Shown: positions 12,649 through 25,453 of the stretch, in pieces
How positions within the stretch are numbered: position 1 is the first letter of the stretch
Layout of the letters: every line of letters begins with the position of its first letter
DNA from: Amoebophrya sp. A120
Lineage: Eukaryota > Protista > Dinoflagellata
DNA: 64,000 nucleotides
NCBI GenBank assembly: GCA_905178155.1
Contig: CAJINV010000001.1
Location: 15,128,142 to 15,192,141, forward strand
Direction: 5' to 3'
Notes under the pieces: model-generated
Told to the model about the DNA's origin: nothing
The model's input: only the letters and a program-made list of their open reading frames with translations
Databases searched by the model: none
Position numbers and translations under genes: made by a program

Positions 12649-13373
12649 GACCGAAATCGTTCTTTCGCACTTATACGTTAACACACACTGAAATAACATC
12701 AAGCGAGATCAAAGTCTTGAAATTTGTCTTCACACACACAATTCATCCGAAAAGTTAGTTTAACACACTCACCAGATCTAGACCTGCAAGCAACTATCTT
12801 CAGAGACGCGCATACCGGCCCTCCTCTTCCAGGCTTGTACAATACTGTAGTTTATTATTTTAGCAATTTCTGCTCCTGCTCCTGGAACTGGATGTAGTTG
12901 AATCAGTGGCGCTCCTGTTGCTTGTAAGACTAGGTGAACGTCAACGGATTGCTGTCGATTCGCATTCCGAGAGAGACTTCTTGGCGGTCCTCCTTCGCCG
13001 TGAAATTGTGGAGGTTGTATCTAATCTGGCTTGAAAACTTTGCTGCCTGCAAGTGCCAATGTACGATGGTTAATTGTACCCTCTGTCAAGCGCAGAAATC
13101 TTCACACTCGACGGCGAAGAAAGTTTCGGAAGTTCTCTGGCGCTTATACTCGACGTTGGTCCTATTTTTGTGAGCATCTGGGGGGTGGGTGACGGTGACG
13201 CCAGTGACAGGTTCTGATAAGATCCTCGGGGAACAAGGATCAATATGCGGACCACGATGATCTACTTCATGACGATTCGTGATATCGTGCAGGGTCGTAA
13301 ACATGTCATCAGGAACAGGTTCTGTGTAACTTGTGGTTTGGAAAAAACCACGCATACAAAGATACCGGTCAAG

Positions 13374-16368
13374 ATGATGATGTTGTTTACTCCTCGTCCC
13401 ACTTCTTTTGTGTCGCTAGCTCTGGCGCTGCGGGTTTTCGTCACATCGGAGGCAAGAGAGCCGGTTGTACCCAGTACGGTAGTACAAGTGTCGAAGGACC
13501 CCCCGCTGCAGCCGATTCTAGTTCCGGTTGAGGATGACGACGACCCGGACGACCCGGACGATGAGTACACGTACGCGAAAGCACTCAAGTCTGACCCTTT
13601 TTTTTTCACGCGGACTTCGCGGTTGCGCCGTCGTTTCTGGCCTTCAGATGTGGAGGGAATTCAGTGGGACTTGCGGGGGCATTTATTGGATGAGAGAGCG
13701 CCAGCCCCCTCGTGCAAGCGGAAGCCGAGAAATTTAGGCGCGCTGTTGAAGGGGCGTGAGAGCGCAACACCAGTCGAAACGTGCCTTTTACCGGATAAGA
13801 CGGAAGGGCTCAAGCTGCCGGCGGATAGTGCGATGGACAGTCTGCGCGCAGCAGTAGAGACGGTCTTCCCGACGACGCAGGCGAAAGCGGAAACTTCAGC
13901 AACGACGAGCGCTGAGGGAAGAATCGCAGATAATGTCCTCAACATTTGCGTTCTGGGTCCTCTAGATCGACACTACCTGCGCACCTCGGTCCGGCCGCTG
14001 GTCCAGTTTACATCCGAGGAACCGACGCGGCGACTGCGGCTCATCGCCCCCCGCGATCAGCTGACGGAGGTGAAGGACGACCTTCTCTCCCTCCTTCCTA
14101 CCGCAGACCAGTTGCAATTGCTGCCACAGGAGCACGTCTCTCCCATCGATTTCGACGTACCGGAAGACGAGCAGCCTGCAAGTCTGAAAGAGCTCCGCGC
14201 GTGGAGTGCACACACCGTCGGAAGTGGCGATAGTGGTAGCGACAACATCTTCACTGAGAAACGAAGCAATACTACCGAAATAAATGTGAAAAGAACTGGG
14301 TGTCACGTGCTCTCCCTGCATGCTGGTTCCCAGGGGTTTCACGGGGAGCTGCTGAAAGCGCTGAGCGGAAACCTGCCCCGAACACTGCTTCTGTTCGACG
14401 CACACGAGTTATTACAATGAAAAATGCCCCCCCCCACCCCCGAACTTGGGAGCATTTGTATTGCAAACCTTTCCAAATGAAACATTCGCCGTCTTGCATC
14501 TATCAGCATCACAAGTTTCCAATCGTGAATAGCAAAAATAATTTGTATTGCAAAAAACCCCAGCTCCAGCAAGAGCGGGGCTTGTCATGCAAGCGATGCG
14601 ATACACGCCTAGACTCTGCATCAGAAAGATTCATACTCCTCTCATGCATGACAAAAAGTTTTCATTTGGAAACTTCGCATCACACACGCGGCGCGGTTGT
14701 TTTAGCATCACACGTGTTTGCAATTTCAGGGGTGGGGGGCACTTTTCACTGTAGTACGAGTGCGACCGGGGCGCGAACCGGGTCCACTGCAGCTTACTTT
14801 TGGCGCAGTTTCGTCGGAGCCACTGCGGGACCCCGGAGGTTCTTGCACAATTAGAAGCACAACATGATCACAGCCACGAGGAACTACATTGGCAGAACAA
14901 GCAAAGAGCTACTGAAAATAATCCAAAACAACTGCCTCTGGGGCTGTGGAACCCGGATTGCTTCGCGACGGACGCGAATAATGTCGTGCAGCTCCCGGTG
15001 AGAAGTTCCTGCGTGTGTGTTGCGGACCCGGACCGGTTCGTTGACGCGGAAGACCACCTGGCGGTTTTGGAGGATGAGCAATGTCGGGAGTTTCAGTCCC
15101 CCTCCGCCCGGTTTGAACAGCTGCACTTGATGGAGCGGTTTCAGCGGCGGAGCCAACTCCGACGGACGTGGTCGCTGCCCGAAGCAAACGACCGTAATAT
15201 AATGGACTGGGCTGCAGAGGAGGAGGCGGTGAAAACGTCCTCTTTCGAGGTGTTCGCTGCGGTGGAAGAGGATTATGGTGCGGAGGACAAAATAATCGAG
15301 GGAAAAGATCATAAAATTGCAGATAAAGAAGACGGGGTTGGAGTTGCAAATACAAGTGCTGAAGAACTTTCTGTGCCAGAAGAGGACGACCCTGAAATAG
15401 CTCATCCAGGTGAAGAGAAGTTCAATATCACGCGCGGGGAGTTCCTCGAGCACCACGGGTTCCCAACGAATTTGTTCCAGAAAAATGCGCGCAGCCAGGA
15501 AAAATTTCTCGGGTACAGTCAGTGGCGCCAGGACTGGTTTCTGTTCCACAACTTCTTTCGCTACAGCCCGAGCAATGGGAGGCAGGGGTTCTTCCTCGAT
15601 CTCGGCGCCTCGCAGCCGACGATATTGTCGAACACCGCGGCGTTCGAAAAGTGTCTGGACTGGAAAGGACTCTGCGTGGAGCCGAACCCCAGTCGGATCC
15701 CAGCCCTGCTAACCTACCGGAACTGTTTGGTCGTGCCCTTCTGTGTGGCGAAAAAGGAAAAAGTTCTCACGCTCATGACCGACCACGCAGGCGCGGCGGA
15801 GGGCATGGCGTCGGAGGCTGCGGAGCCCAGTGCCGTGCCGGACAAGGAGTTTGAAGACGAGAACGCGGTGGACTCTCTGTGTTTTCGGCTGGAGAAACTT
15901 TTGGATCAAATCAGCGTCGGAAGTGCCTCAGAGGTCAGGCACGCGAAGAGCAGGCTTGATGGTGGAGGACAGAGCGGAAGCGGCATCGTGGATGATGCAG
16001 ACGATGTAGTAGAAGAGGGGCTGACTATAGATCTCATTTCTCTTGACGTCGAAGGCCAGGAGGTCGATATTTTGGAAAAGTTCCCCTTCAATAAGTTTTA
16101 CATCCGCGTGTTTCTCATCGAAACGGACCACAGCAACTCCCTGAAACTGGACATCCTCTTGATTGCCGGGGGGTACGTAAAGGTTGCCTTGCTGGGGAAA
16201 GATGCCATGTACATCCACCACAAGTTTGCGAAAGAGCTAGCGACGTGGGGAAAGGAAAATCCGCTCGCCGTTGAGTACCCGGAATACGTCACAATACATC
16301 CCTATTACGAGCATTTTTCCACCTTCCAGCGCCGGTTTCTAGACCCCGACTTCGGGGAAAGAAGATGA
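13374..16368 (+). CDS. Secreted or membrane protein with a C-terminal FkbM-family (Methyltransf_21) methyltransferase domain
   Basis: Signal-peptide-like start. Two ORFs join in frame after introner 14410-14756 is removed. Motifs FFLDLGA..SNT..FE..LDWKGLCVEPNP and IDLISLDVEGQE. Confidence 0.75.
14410..14756 (+). mobile_element. Introner family D (347 bp)
   Basis: TIR tattacaatgaaaaatgcccccc / ggggggcacttttcactgtagta. TSD cgagt. Removal gives DAHE|CDRGANRVH in frame with the ORF at 14800. Confidence 0.9.
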
Positions 16369-18767
16369 TGAAAAGGGGAAAGGGAGATGCACTCCTGAAA
16401 AAGGAGGGGTGAGGAAGCATGTGGAAGCATGACAGTTGTAGTTTTTTTTTGTAAGTAGCTGGAAAACAACAAGAAAAGGTAGAACAGTAAAGAATTGTAT
16501 ATTGAAAATCTCGGGAATAATGATCACGAAAACCGCGGGAATAATGATCCTACCGGTACTAGTCTCGGTGGCCTGACTTTGCAACAGTTCCAAAATCGGG
16601 ATAAGGTTAAAGACTTGCAAGTACCGTCTGCGTCCGGCTCCCAGCAGCAACAGCAACAAGCTTCTACGTCTTCTGGTAGCAACATCAACAATTCTTCTAA
16701 AAGTAATGCTGTTAATACCGGTGCCAGATCCTCCAGTCCTTCAGCCGGTTCGTCTCTGGCTCGACGCATGCAGGACACGCACCTCTCGGACGAAGATGAT
16801 GATATGAAGGAGGAAAATAGTCGTGAGGACCGGTCTAACAAGCTGCAGCGTACTAATCGTGAAGGCAGGCATCGGGCCCGCAGTAAGAATTCGGACCCAC
16901 GATCCAGCCGTGAGGAAAATCGTAGCCGGGAACGCGAAAGAAAGACGCCAGCAAACAGTCCAGGCGGCAGCCCCTCCCTCCAGCCGCAAGACAAAAATAA
17001 AACGAATCAGAACCCGTTTACCCAGCGGGCTGAAGATATGAATGGAGTGGAGGAAGTTAGAGGATAGATTGCTTTCGGCTTCACGAATATTGCTTACAAC
17101 TAATTAATCGCTTTCGCATTAATCACACCGATGGTTGCCTGAAGTGCATCAGGCGTGAGAACCGGGATGACATTTTGATGCGCTCTATTTTTACTTGTAT
17201 TCGCATTTGCATACTCATCTCTGTGCTGTTTTGCAGTGCATCAATCACTTGGCTCTTTATTTCCTGCATTTGCATGACTTACTGTTTGCTGCCGCACGGG
17301 CAGCCATTTACGTCTGATGAGCGCGTCTTTGCTACAGGATGGAAAATTTGAAACTTGTATGTTTTGGTGAGGAGTTCTCCCTTTTCCCTTTCTTCTGAAA
17401 TGATGTGCTTTGGACAAAACCGATGCTCAGTCGTAAATATATTTGTGTTGCATAAATGAGCTTTTTCGCACGTTCACACACAAATTTGTATTGCAAAAAT
17501 CTTGGTTCTCGCATGATCCGGTTTTGTTCTTGGATAAATGCCAACTCTCGAAAGCAGCATCACAAAAATGCATTACAAGTTGCGCTTTCTTATGCTGAGT
17601 TCTTCCCCATGCAAAATCATAATAAGGTCCTGAGATCGGAAGATCCAAAGGATGAAAGTTCAAAAAGGAAATTATAATCAGGCTCTTTCTTCATGCTTTT
17701 CATTATTCATGCTGTTTTTCATTATATTTTTGAGGTGACTAACCAGAAATAACTAGCTATCTAGCATAGGCACTATCGTATTTTGTTAGGTTTACGATTA
17801 GGACGTGGTATACGCTAGCTGCGCAAGTCGGTTAACAGTGAACCGGTACCCACGGGTGTTGACCGATCGACCTATTGCCAGCTAGGGGAGCACCCATGCG
17901 GTGGCAGGATCCAGCGCCCCTAGGTCGGGGGCGCTCCTGCCTTCGCCGTATGGGACCCCGTGGGCAGAAGTATCCACTCGCGCGCCGCGCCCGCTCTAGT
18001 TAGGGTCTACTTTCGTTCCTCTTCTTCTCTTCATTCAAACACGACAGGATAAGCACACAAAAATACGCAGTTCGCCCCGGCTACAGTGATCTACTTAAAC
18101 TTCAATTTTGATTTTACATTGCAATATATTGAAAATCTAGATTAAGGGGAAAAGAAGTTAGTTGTTGGTCTTCGTCAGTAGCTGGAAAACAGCATTAAAA
18201 GTTTGGATAAAAGGAACAAAAAAGTTAGTTTTCAGTAGCTGGAAAACAGCAAAAAGCAAGTAGAACAGGAAAAAGTCAAAACTTTTGGAAAAAAAAGGAA
18301 AAAGAGATTAGGAAACGCGGCAAGATTTTTTTGTCCAAGGAACACGCAAGTTGTTGATCAGATGAGGCGCAAGTCCAAAAAACCAGAGGAGACATATTTA
18401 TACGGTCCAACACTGTTCAGCTTCTCATCACCATGATCAGAACGAAATTGGACCCTGATTGGATCTTCAGAATCGTGGCGGCGCTAGTATAGATCACCAA
18501 AAGACACCAGAGTGACGGATCATCGACGACAAGTTACAGATTGTGTGAAACAAAAAGTTTTTTGATGCTCCGTCGATGAATCTATTATGTTTGCAGGCAA
18601 AACTTTCTGAAGTGCGTCGTTGGCCGGTGCTTCAGGAAAAAATAGACTTGGTTACTACGCAATCGATACAATGATGGTTTTAGAACTCGCTTCGATTAGT
18701 GTCGCGTAGGAGTCTTTCTCCACTTTGCCTCTAGCTTATTTTACTATTGCCAAGAGCAGCAAAAACC

Positions 18768-20237
18768 ATGGCGCACTCGCTCGCGTACGAGGTGAAGAAG
18801 ATCCAGGAGCTGAACGAACAGGAGCTCGCGCGGGGCATTTTCGATGCGAAACACTCCTGGCACCGAGAATTCCGGGAGTCGGCGTATGTCCGCGTCGATC
18901 ATCTAGACAAAAGGCTCACGGAGGGTGATCTATCAGAGTGAAAAATCCCCCCTCCCCATATCGAAACGAAGTTTCTGATGCTGGATTTCCATACACAAAT
19001 CAGATTTGTCTTGCAGTAGAGGAATGCAGGCATATGTCAAGCCTCAGTCGAGGAGTTTGACGTAGGCGCCTAGCATGACAAACGTGTATGCTCTAAGCCA
19101 AACAGCATCACAAACCGCCTGCAAAATGCGGAACGCTTTCTGGACTTGCCTTCTTGCAAGACAGACAGGATTTGAGTTCGCAAATGCGCATCACAAATTT
19201 TCAGACGGATACGTTTTCGATATGGGGAGGGTGGATTTTTCCTTCTGATATGATCTCGTCACTGTTTTTTCCCAGTTTGGCGAGATCGCGGACCTCCGGT
19301 TGATAAGGGACAAAGAGATATCCTGAGTAAAAATGTCCCCACCCCAGAGTTGTCATGCAAATCTGCATCCCAAAAAAGTTTGTCATGCGGAGCCCCATGA
19401 GAGCCATTTTCTAATCCTGTTTTGGAATTTGTGATGCTAGAATCAGCATGATATGCTACATCTGTAATGCTTCGGAACTAGCTAAACAGAATTACACTAC
19501 GAGGATAAACCTGTCATGCGAAACAACCAGAGGTGGCTGATTTGTCTAGCGGATTTCCCATCTTGACTCTGGTGTGGGGACATTTTTACCCAGGATAAGA
19601 GACGGGAAAGTCGCGCGGATTCTGCTTTGTCTGCTACGAGGACACGCGGTCGGCCGCCTACGCCGTCGACAATATGAACGGCTACCAATTGTGCGGGAAA
19701 GTGATGAAGGTGATGCACGTATTGAAATACGAGGTTCCCATCTTATTAGACGAAACGCAAGTAGACGCCGAGGGGAACCCAATTCAGCTGGAGTACAAAC
19801 CGACTGGTGCGGAGGGCTACGGCGTCGGCATCACCGCACAGTTATCCAGTGTGAAAGCGGACATAAAAACGAAACACATCAGCACGAGCAGCAACAAGAA
19901 AACGCTGATGGACGAGGAAGATGCGGATTTGGAGATGTTTGAGCAGCAGCTCGTGAAAACGGCGGAAAAAGGGAAATTGTTGCAGGACAAAGCCACGAAA
20001 AAAGCGGAGAAGAAGCGGCTGAAAAAGGAAAAGAAAAAGGAAAAGAAACGAAGGAAAAAAGAGAAGAAGAGAAAAGAGAAAAAGCTGAACACGGGCAGAA
20101 ATAACCAAGCTGTCGATTCAGACAGCGACAGCTCTTCATCTTCCTCCTCGTCTAGCAGCAGTAGCGACAGCTCGCCCGCTGCGCGAAAAAGTGCACGGGA
20201 AACAGTACGGAAGCGGTCTCGTGGGAGAAATAAATGA
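18768..20237 (+). CDS. RBMX2: RES-complex RRM protein RBMX2/Snu17(Ist3)
   Basis: After two introners are removed: KKIQELNEQEL..SWH..ESAYV..LTEGDLVTVFSQFGEI..IRDKETGKSRGFCFVCYED..AVDNMNG, followed by a Lys/Ser-rich tail. Confidence 0.92.
18931..19250 (-). mobile_element. Introner family A (320 bp), inverted relative to the 7080 copy
   Basis: Near reverse complement of 7080-7400. TSD tgatc. Removal gives TEGDL|VTVFSQFG. Confidence 0.95.
19319..19597 (+). mobile_element. Introner family C (279 bp)
   Basis: TIR tatcctgagtaaaaatgtccccaccccagagt. TSD agaga. Removal gives RDKE|TGKSRGF (RNP1 region). Confidence 0.95.
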
Positions 20238-20840
20238 TTGGGAATTTTGTTGTACCAATCGCATTTTGTCAATGATAATGTATTCACTTTAGCGAAGCAC
20301 GTGTTCTTTCCACTGTGCCAACATGGAAAACGAACGCACTGTAGCGACTCATATCATTTCATGTTCAAAAAGCGACAGTAAAATCTAGTTCCTTCAAGAA
20401 CATTTGAGAACAAAGGCAAAGGGTTCTACGACGCGCCCCACTCTACTACTGTGCAGGCATGATCTGCGGATGTGTTCTCCGGTTGCCGGTTGCGCATTGA
20501 TCTCTTCCGAGCTGCACTTAGCGCTCGTCTCGACGTGAGGCTCGCGCCGCAAATCGCGAGCGCTTTTTTTTAACAATACATGATTGTATTCTGCAGCTTT
20601 TTTCCGTAGCTTCGTTTCGTTTCGTTTCGTTCTGATGCCTCGGCGAGGCGTCAGAGTCTTTGGCCCTGCAGTTCTTGTTCTTTTCTCGACTCGTTCTCAA
20701 CAGCTCGAGGAGATGATACATAGTGCGAAAGAGTAGAAGGTAGCTTCTTGAGCGGCTTGGTTTTGGAAAGCTATAGTCGTGCAAAGACAAGAAACAAGCT
20801 TTTTGTGTTGAACAATTATTGTAATTGTAACAATGTGTTG

Positions 20841-20862
20841 TTCGTAGCCATTGTTGCTCAAG
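20841..20862 (+). other. Relic dinoflagellate spliced leader (DinoSL)
   Basis: ttcgtagccattgttgctcaag matches TCCGTAGCCATTTTGGCTCAAG at 19/22 positions, 49 nt upstream of ATG 20912. Confidence 0.75.
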
Positions 20863-20911
20863 ACTTTAAGACTTGTCGTTGTCAACGTTGCAGATCATCA
20901 ACGTGCACATC

Positions 20912-23452
20912 ATGCAGCACAAACCGGCGACGGTTCTTGCGCAGGTGGGCCAGCGGAGTGGTACTAGAGTGGGACAGTTCCGTCACAAGAACTCTCGTCT
21001 CCAGTCGGAGGTCCGGAGAAAATTGTCCCTTGCGGGTGGTGGAGCGCAGCTTCTTTTCCTGCTTTATCATCTCGTCGTCCAGTGTAAACGCGCGAGTGCG
21101 GCGGTGGAGGAGGAGACAAGCACGACGATTTTCAACAAAGAGGAACATGTGATGTTGGCGTCCCGGGTAGGTTTTCGGTCGCCTATGGGCCGGTCAGGAC
21201 CGCAACAAGTACTAGACCACGCGCGCCGGTATGAAGCTGAGACGACCTCCCAACAATTCCTCGTACAGTCGCCAGGAGTTCTACTTGGGGAAACAACAAG
21301 AACCGATGGTGCGTCACCATTGGGGTCGTGGTCTCGAGCGGACGAAGCACAAGACCACCCTGGCACAGAAAGTGCGTCCGTCTCCGACTTGAGATTCGTT
21401 CCGACGCACCAGGAAGTAGAGACCGCGAGCGGCGGAGGGATAGGACATCAACCCGCGACCAGAACAAGTGAGATGCTGCAACTGCGCGCCGACGACGCGG
21501 AAGCCGCGGGGAGTAGCGCTGTGACGACAATGACCACTACTGCTTCCACCGGGACAACTGATTCCGCAGTGCAAGCTCTCGCATTGCAGTTGCAACAAAT
21601 GGAGCAAGAGTTGCGGGTGCTGCGGGAAGCCACGACGCGGCGCTTCGCCGAGGAAAGGAACGCGACGGACACCCGTTTTGCGAAAGAAAAAAACGAGACG
21701 GAGCGCCGCTTTGTCACTGTTCGCAACGTGGGCTCGATTAACGAAATCATTCTGCAGCGCCTGCTCGCCGTTACCATCGCGAGGACGCGCACGGACGGTT
21801 TTACCTCCGTGGTCTTTCTTGTCGTTGGATTTATTGCCGCGGTGGTCGGAACGATTTTGCCTACGGCCCTGGTGTTTTTTCCGACCATTCAAGAAATGCC
21901 CGTCGTTGTGGTGGGTGATGATGAATACGCTTCTAGAGGTCGCCTCCGCGCCGGCGCGGAAGGCGAGGACGATGGTGAGAGCACCACAGGCGAGCAGCCG
22001 CAGCAGGAACTACCTGCGCAACAAGAAGCCGGGGCCGCCGTGGTAGAGACCGAGACCTACTATTTTCTCCCGGAAGATTTCGTTGACACAGGCACACTTT
22101 CAAACGTGTGCTGTAGTCACGGCTCGGCCCAGGGGAAGATATGGTCATCCTGTCTCGTCTGCTATGCGATGTCCATGCTACTTAGTCGCTACACCTTCAA
22201 ACTGTATCCGGATTGGTGTCCGTTCAATCAGGACGACGACGCGCCAGATCTTGCCACTGCCGAGCTTGGGCTGGGGGAGGTGAGTAGTTTCCACGAGGTG
22301 GCTTACCGAATGCTTTGGTTGCTGGTTCCGAACATCCTCTTCATCCTGCTTGCAGCAATTCCCACGGTAAACGGGCCTGGAGCTCGATCCGGACAAAGGA
22401 ATATGAACTCCAACACTCCTTCACCTCCGCCTCCTTCAGGACTGCGGCCAGTTCCTCTGTTGGGCGAGTCCGTGCCGCATGTGCAGGGCGTCAATCCCGA
22501 TAATTTGCGCGAAAACGCCACCAGTCATGCGTCGAACAGTACTGCGGGTTCCGCCCAAGAAGCCTTCTTGACACGAAACCGAGGCTGGCTCAAGTTCATG
22601 CACGTCGGACTGGCGGGGATAGCGGTTGGTGGGCTCCTTTTCGCTGAGACTCTACAGCTTTTCGTAGGCGAGGGCGTCCACGTCGTCAATTTATTCACGA
22701 TGTCGGGCGAAAGCGCCATGAACGCGGCCTGGCACGACGCGTCGTGGTTGGAGCACCGGATGTCGCCGAGTCTGTTTACCGCTGAGACGTCGGAGTGTCA
22801 CGGTATGTGGCCGCCCGAGAAGATGCTTCCCAAAATCTTTCGTTTTCGGGTGGTCACTATTCTTCTCGCATTCGTCAGCGGGGTCTGCTGTGCGGTTTCT
22901 TCCCTTGCGCTCGACAAGATTAGAAGTGAAGTCGTTGACGACAAAATCGTGCGAATGCAGAAGGGGGCGCTCGTACCCACGCGCAGCACCAGTCTCTTCC
23001 TGCCACGTCTTGTGTACACCTTCGAGCTGGTCACAATGTTGCTCGTGTGGACCCTTCCTTTCTATCCTGCGCTCATCAATGAGTACCGATATTATGACGA
23101 TTTTCGTGCACTGAACCAAGACATCACGACTCAAGTGGGCACGATTTACCGTTTCCATTCTGACGCCCTCCCGCAATGCGGAACGTATTTTGACCTCGCT
23201 GCTCCGCGTGTCTGCAGTGATCTGGATCAAAATCCGTATAACATTCATTTGTACAATACCGGCGACCCCGCCGAGGGTGGTGATTCGAAGTGGATGTGGT
23301 GGCAGGCGGAACAAAGCGGCAACGTTCCCATCGTGAATGCAGGAGGCCTGGATCCGGCGTTGCCATGGAAGAACTGGCTAGCCTGGACACAAGAGCGCTG
23401 GCACTGGCGCGAGGCCGCGGCTGGGCTCAATTTCACTGCAAATTCTTCGTGA
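20912..23452 (+). CDS. Intronless multi-pass membrane protein with coiled coil, function unknown
   Basis: Long uninterrupted ORF with a coiled coil (LALQLQQMEQELRVL) and about 6 hydrophobic segments. Start codon uncertain. Confidence 0.7.
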   Translation: MQHKPATVLAQVGQRSGTRVGQFRHKNSRLQSEVRRKLSLAGGGAQLLFLLYHLVVQCKRASAAVEEETSTTIFNKEEHVMLASRVGFRSPMGRSGPQQVLDHARRYEAETTSQQFLVQSPGVLLGETTRTDGASPLGSWSRADEAQDHPGTESASVSDLRFVPTHQEVETASGGGIGHQPATRTSEMLQLRADDAEAAGSSAVTTMTTTASTGTTDSAVQALALQLQQMEQELRVLREATTRRFAEERNATDTRFAKEKNETERRFVTVRNVGSINEIILQRLLAVTIARTRTDGFTSVVFLVVGFIAAVVGTILPTALVFFPTIQEMPVVVVGDDEYASRGRLRAGAEGEDDGESTTGEQPQQELPAQQEAGAAVVETETYYFLPEDFVDTGTLSNVCCSHGSAQGKIWSSCLVCYAMSMLLSRYTFKLYPDWCPFNQDDDAPDLATAELGLGEVSSFHEVAYRMLWLLVPNILFILLAAIPTVNGPGARSGQRNMNSNTPSPPPPSGLRPVPLLGESVPHVQGVNPDNLRENATSHASNSTAGSAQEAFLTRNRGWLKFMHVGLAGIAVGGLLFAETLQLFVGEGVHVVNLFTMSGESAMNAAWHDASWLEHRMSPSLFTAETSECHGMWPPEKMLPKIFRFRVVTILLAFVSGVCCAVSSLALDKIRSEVVDDKIVRMQKGALVPTRSTSLFLPRLVYTFELVTMLLVWTLPFYPALINEYRYYDDFRALNQDITTQVGTIYRFHSDALPQCGTYFDLAAPRVCSDLDQNPYNIHLYNTGDPAEGGDSKWMWWQAEQSGNVPIVNAGGLDPALPWKNWLAWTQERWHWREAAAGLNFTANSS

Positions 23453-25453
23453 AGATGAAGGTGCAAAAATATTATATATTCAATTGCGGAAGCGGTCGTC
23501 TCTGTTGCTGTTCTCTCCCCGATTTGTTCATGCCCTCCACCTTATTTGCTTTCACTGCTGTCGCTCGTTCACCTACCTCCGGGTTGTTCATCTTCAACGG
23601 ATCTCCTGTTCGATTGTTCAGTGAAAAGTCTACTTCCCATTCGGCAAAAATACTGTGGTTAGGGGAGGAGGTTGATTGAAGAGCGCTGTGAGGGTCCTGT
23701 TGGCTGCTATGTGGTATACCTTTTTTCCCTCAAGAGCAAGAGCAGAGCAAGTGTGGCGCAATGTAGAGAAGCAGCATTTCTCTAGTTCGATTGTTCCTTT
23801 GAAGTTTTCTATAATGATCATTCGGGATATCGTTGTTCTTGTTTCAGTTTTTTGGAGTTGCTGGAGATGTTTGGTGATTCTAGTGCCCACAGGAAGGCTT
23901 AATTTCTTTGTTGTATTTCTCTTAATGTTGTGCTGTTGCTGATGTGGGAGTTACCCGTAGTATTGTTTTATGCTGTAGTGCTATTACTGTAGGAGTTGCC
24001 CGGAGTATCGTTTTACTGCTGTGCTGGTTGTTGCTGCTGCTATGCTCTGCTGAGTCCCAAGTGAAAGAGAAAAACAGAGATCCCCAGATATTCGCTGCCA
24101 TAATCGGCTTTGTCGACTGGCTAGCGCTTTTTTGTAGATGTTTGTATGCTGACGAGGTACAACAACCTGGGAGCCGCATCCTCCCGTACGAGGTGAGACG
24201 CAAATTTAGGCCTTCGCCCTCCCCTTTTGGGAGTTCCGCCAGCGCGGCTTTGCTGAATCCAATGCAATGTAATATATCGTGTGTTTTGTGAGGGAGCAGA
24301 AATAAGTTCGGAAATGAGCGGACCACAAGCAGATTTCAGGTTTTCATGTCGGGCTCTTCGGAAACTCATAGCACCAACAGGATTTTTGATACTAGCGTTC
24401 ACTGAATTTAGGTCGGTCGCCGGCCGACAAGCCGCGTCACGTTTCGTCTCAAGTGGTTGCTTCGAATGAGACGGGTGTGCTCGTAGACCCATTGTCACAT
24501 GGCGGGCGACCGGGATAGCCGCCGCAATGAGCGAGAGGACCCTTGCTGGACCGGGAAAGCAGCAACCTGCCTGAGCGGGACTGGCGGGCATGGGCACTTT
24601 TCGTTTTCTTCTGGTTTGTTTTCACCTGGCTGCTGCAAAAACTCGGGTTTATATGATTGATGTACGGTGGTCGTACGGAAAAAGACAAATAATCTGGCTT
24701 GTCGTGCTTTCGTGCATCGCAAATGCAAGACTAGACAGGTCAGTCTGATCGGTGTAGTTTCTAACTACGCTAAGTGCGTAAAGCCTAGACAGAGCACAAC
24801 CAAGATAGATGCTACTGCTCGCGAAATATCATACTAAGATTGTTGTGTTACTGAAAAATTCAATCAAGTGCGGTGTCGTTACAAAGTAATCGATCGGTAT
24901 GTGCATATGAAGATATTGGCAGAAGTAAAGTTCGGGCAGGCTTCTTGTGCTTTTGGTGCATCGGCAAAAAGTGAGCGTGATACTGAGGGACAGTGAAGAT
25001 CGAAAAAGCGCGCTATGTATAAGTATCTGAAAAGAGTAGAATCACAATCATGCACAACTACTGCGTAGGGCAGAGCGTACTTTTCTCAAATCGGACTTGG
25101 CTACCTCAGGTCAACACTGGAACTCATAAGTGGTGCGCATAGACATTCCCGTGAGGCGCAACTTTTTTCTATACCTAGAGAATTTTTACTTGTGAGACGA
25201 GGAGCGACTGCGATGGATATACTTACGTACCTTCATGCTCTATTGCTGTATGGCCCTGGTGGCTAGTTTATTTGTTTACTACGGCGTCGCAGTCGCGATA
25301 GTCGCACTGAAATCTGTAGAAAATCGTGGCGTGTCCGAGGGAGCAACATGACAATACATAGACACCCAAACAAGGTTACCTACCACGTCAACAGGGAGTT
25401 TTCCTCAGCACAAGCATAATTAAGACGCACGGCCCTCGAGGACCGGCATAAAT

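Noticed and set aside
17314-17354. Hammerhead ribozyme core (ctgatga...gaaac)
   Set aside because: Stem II and the flanking stems cannot be formed in the required geometry.
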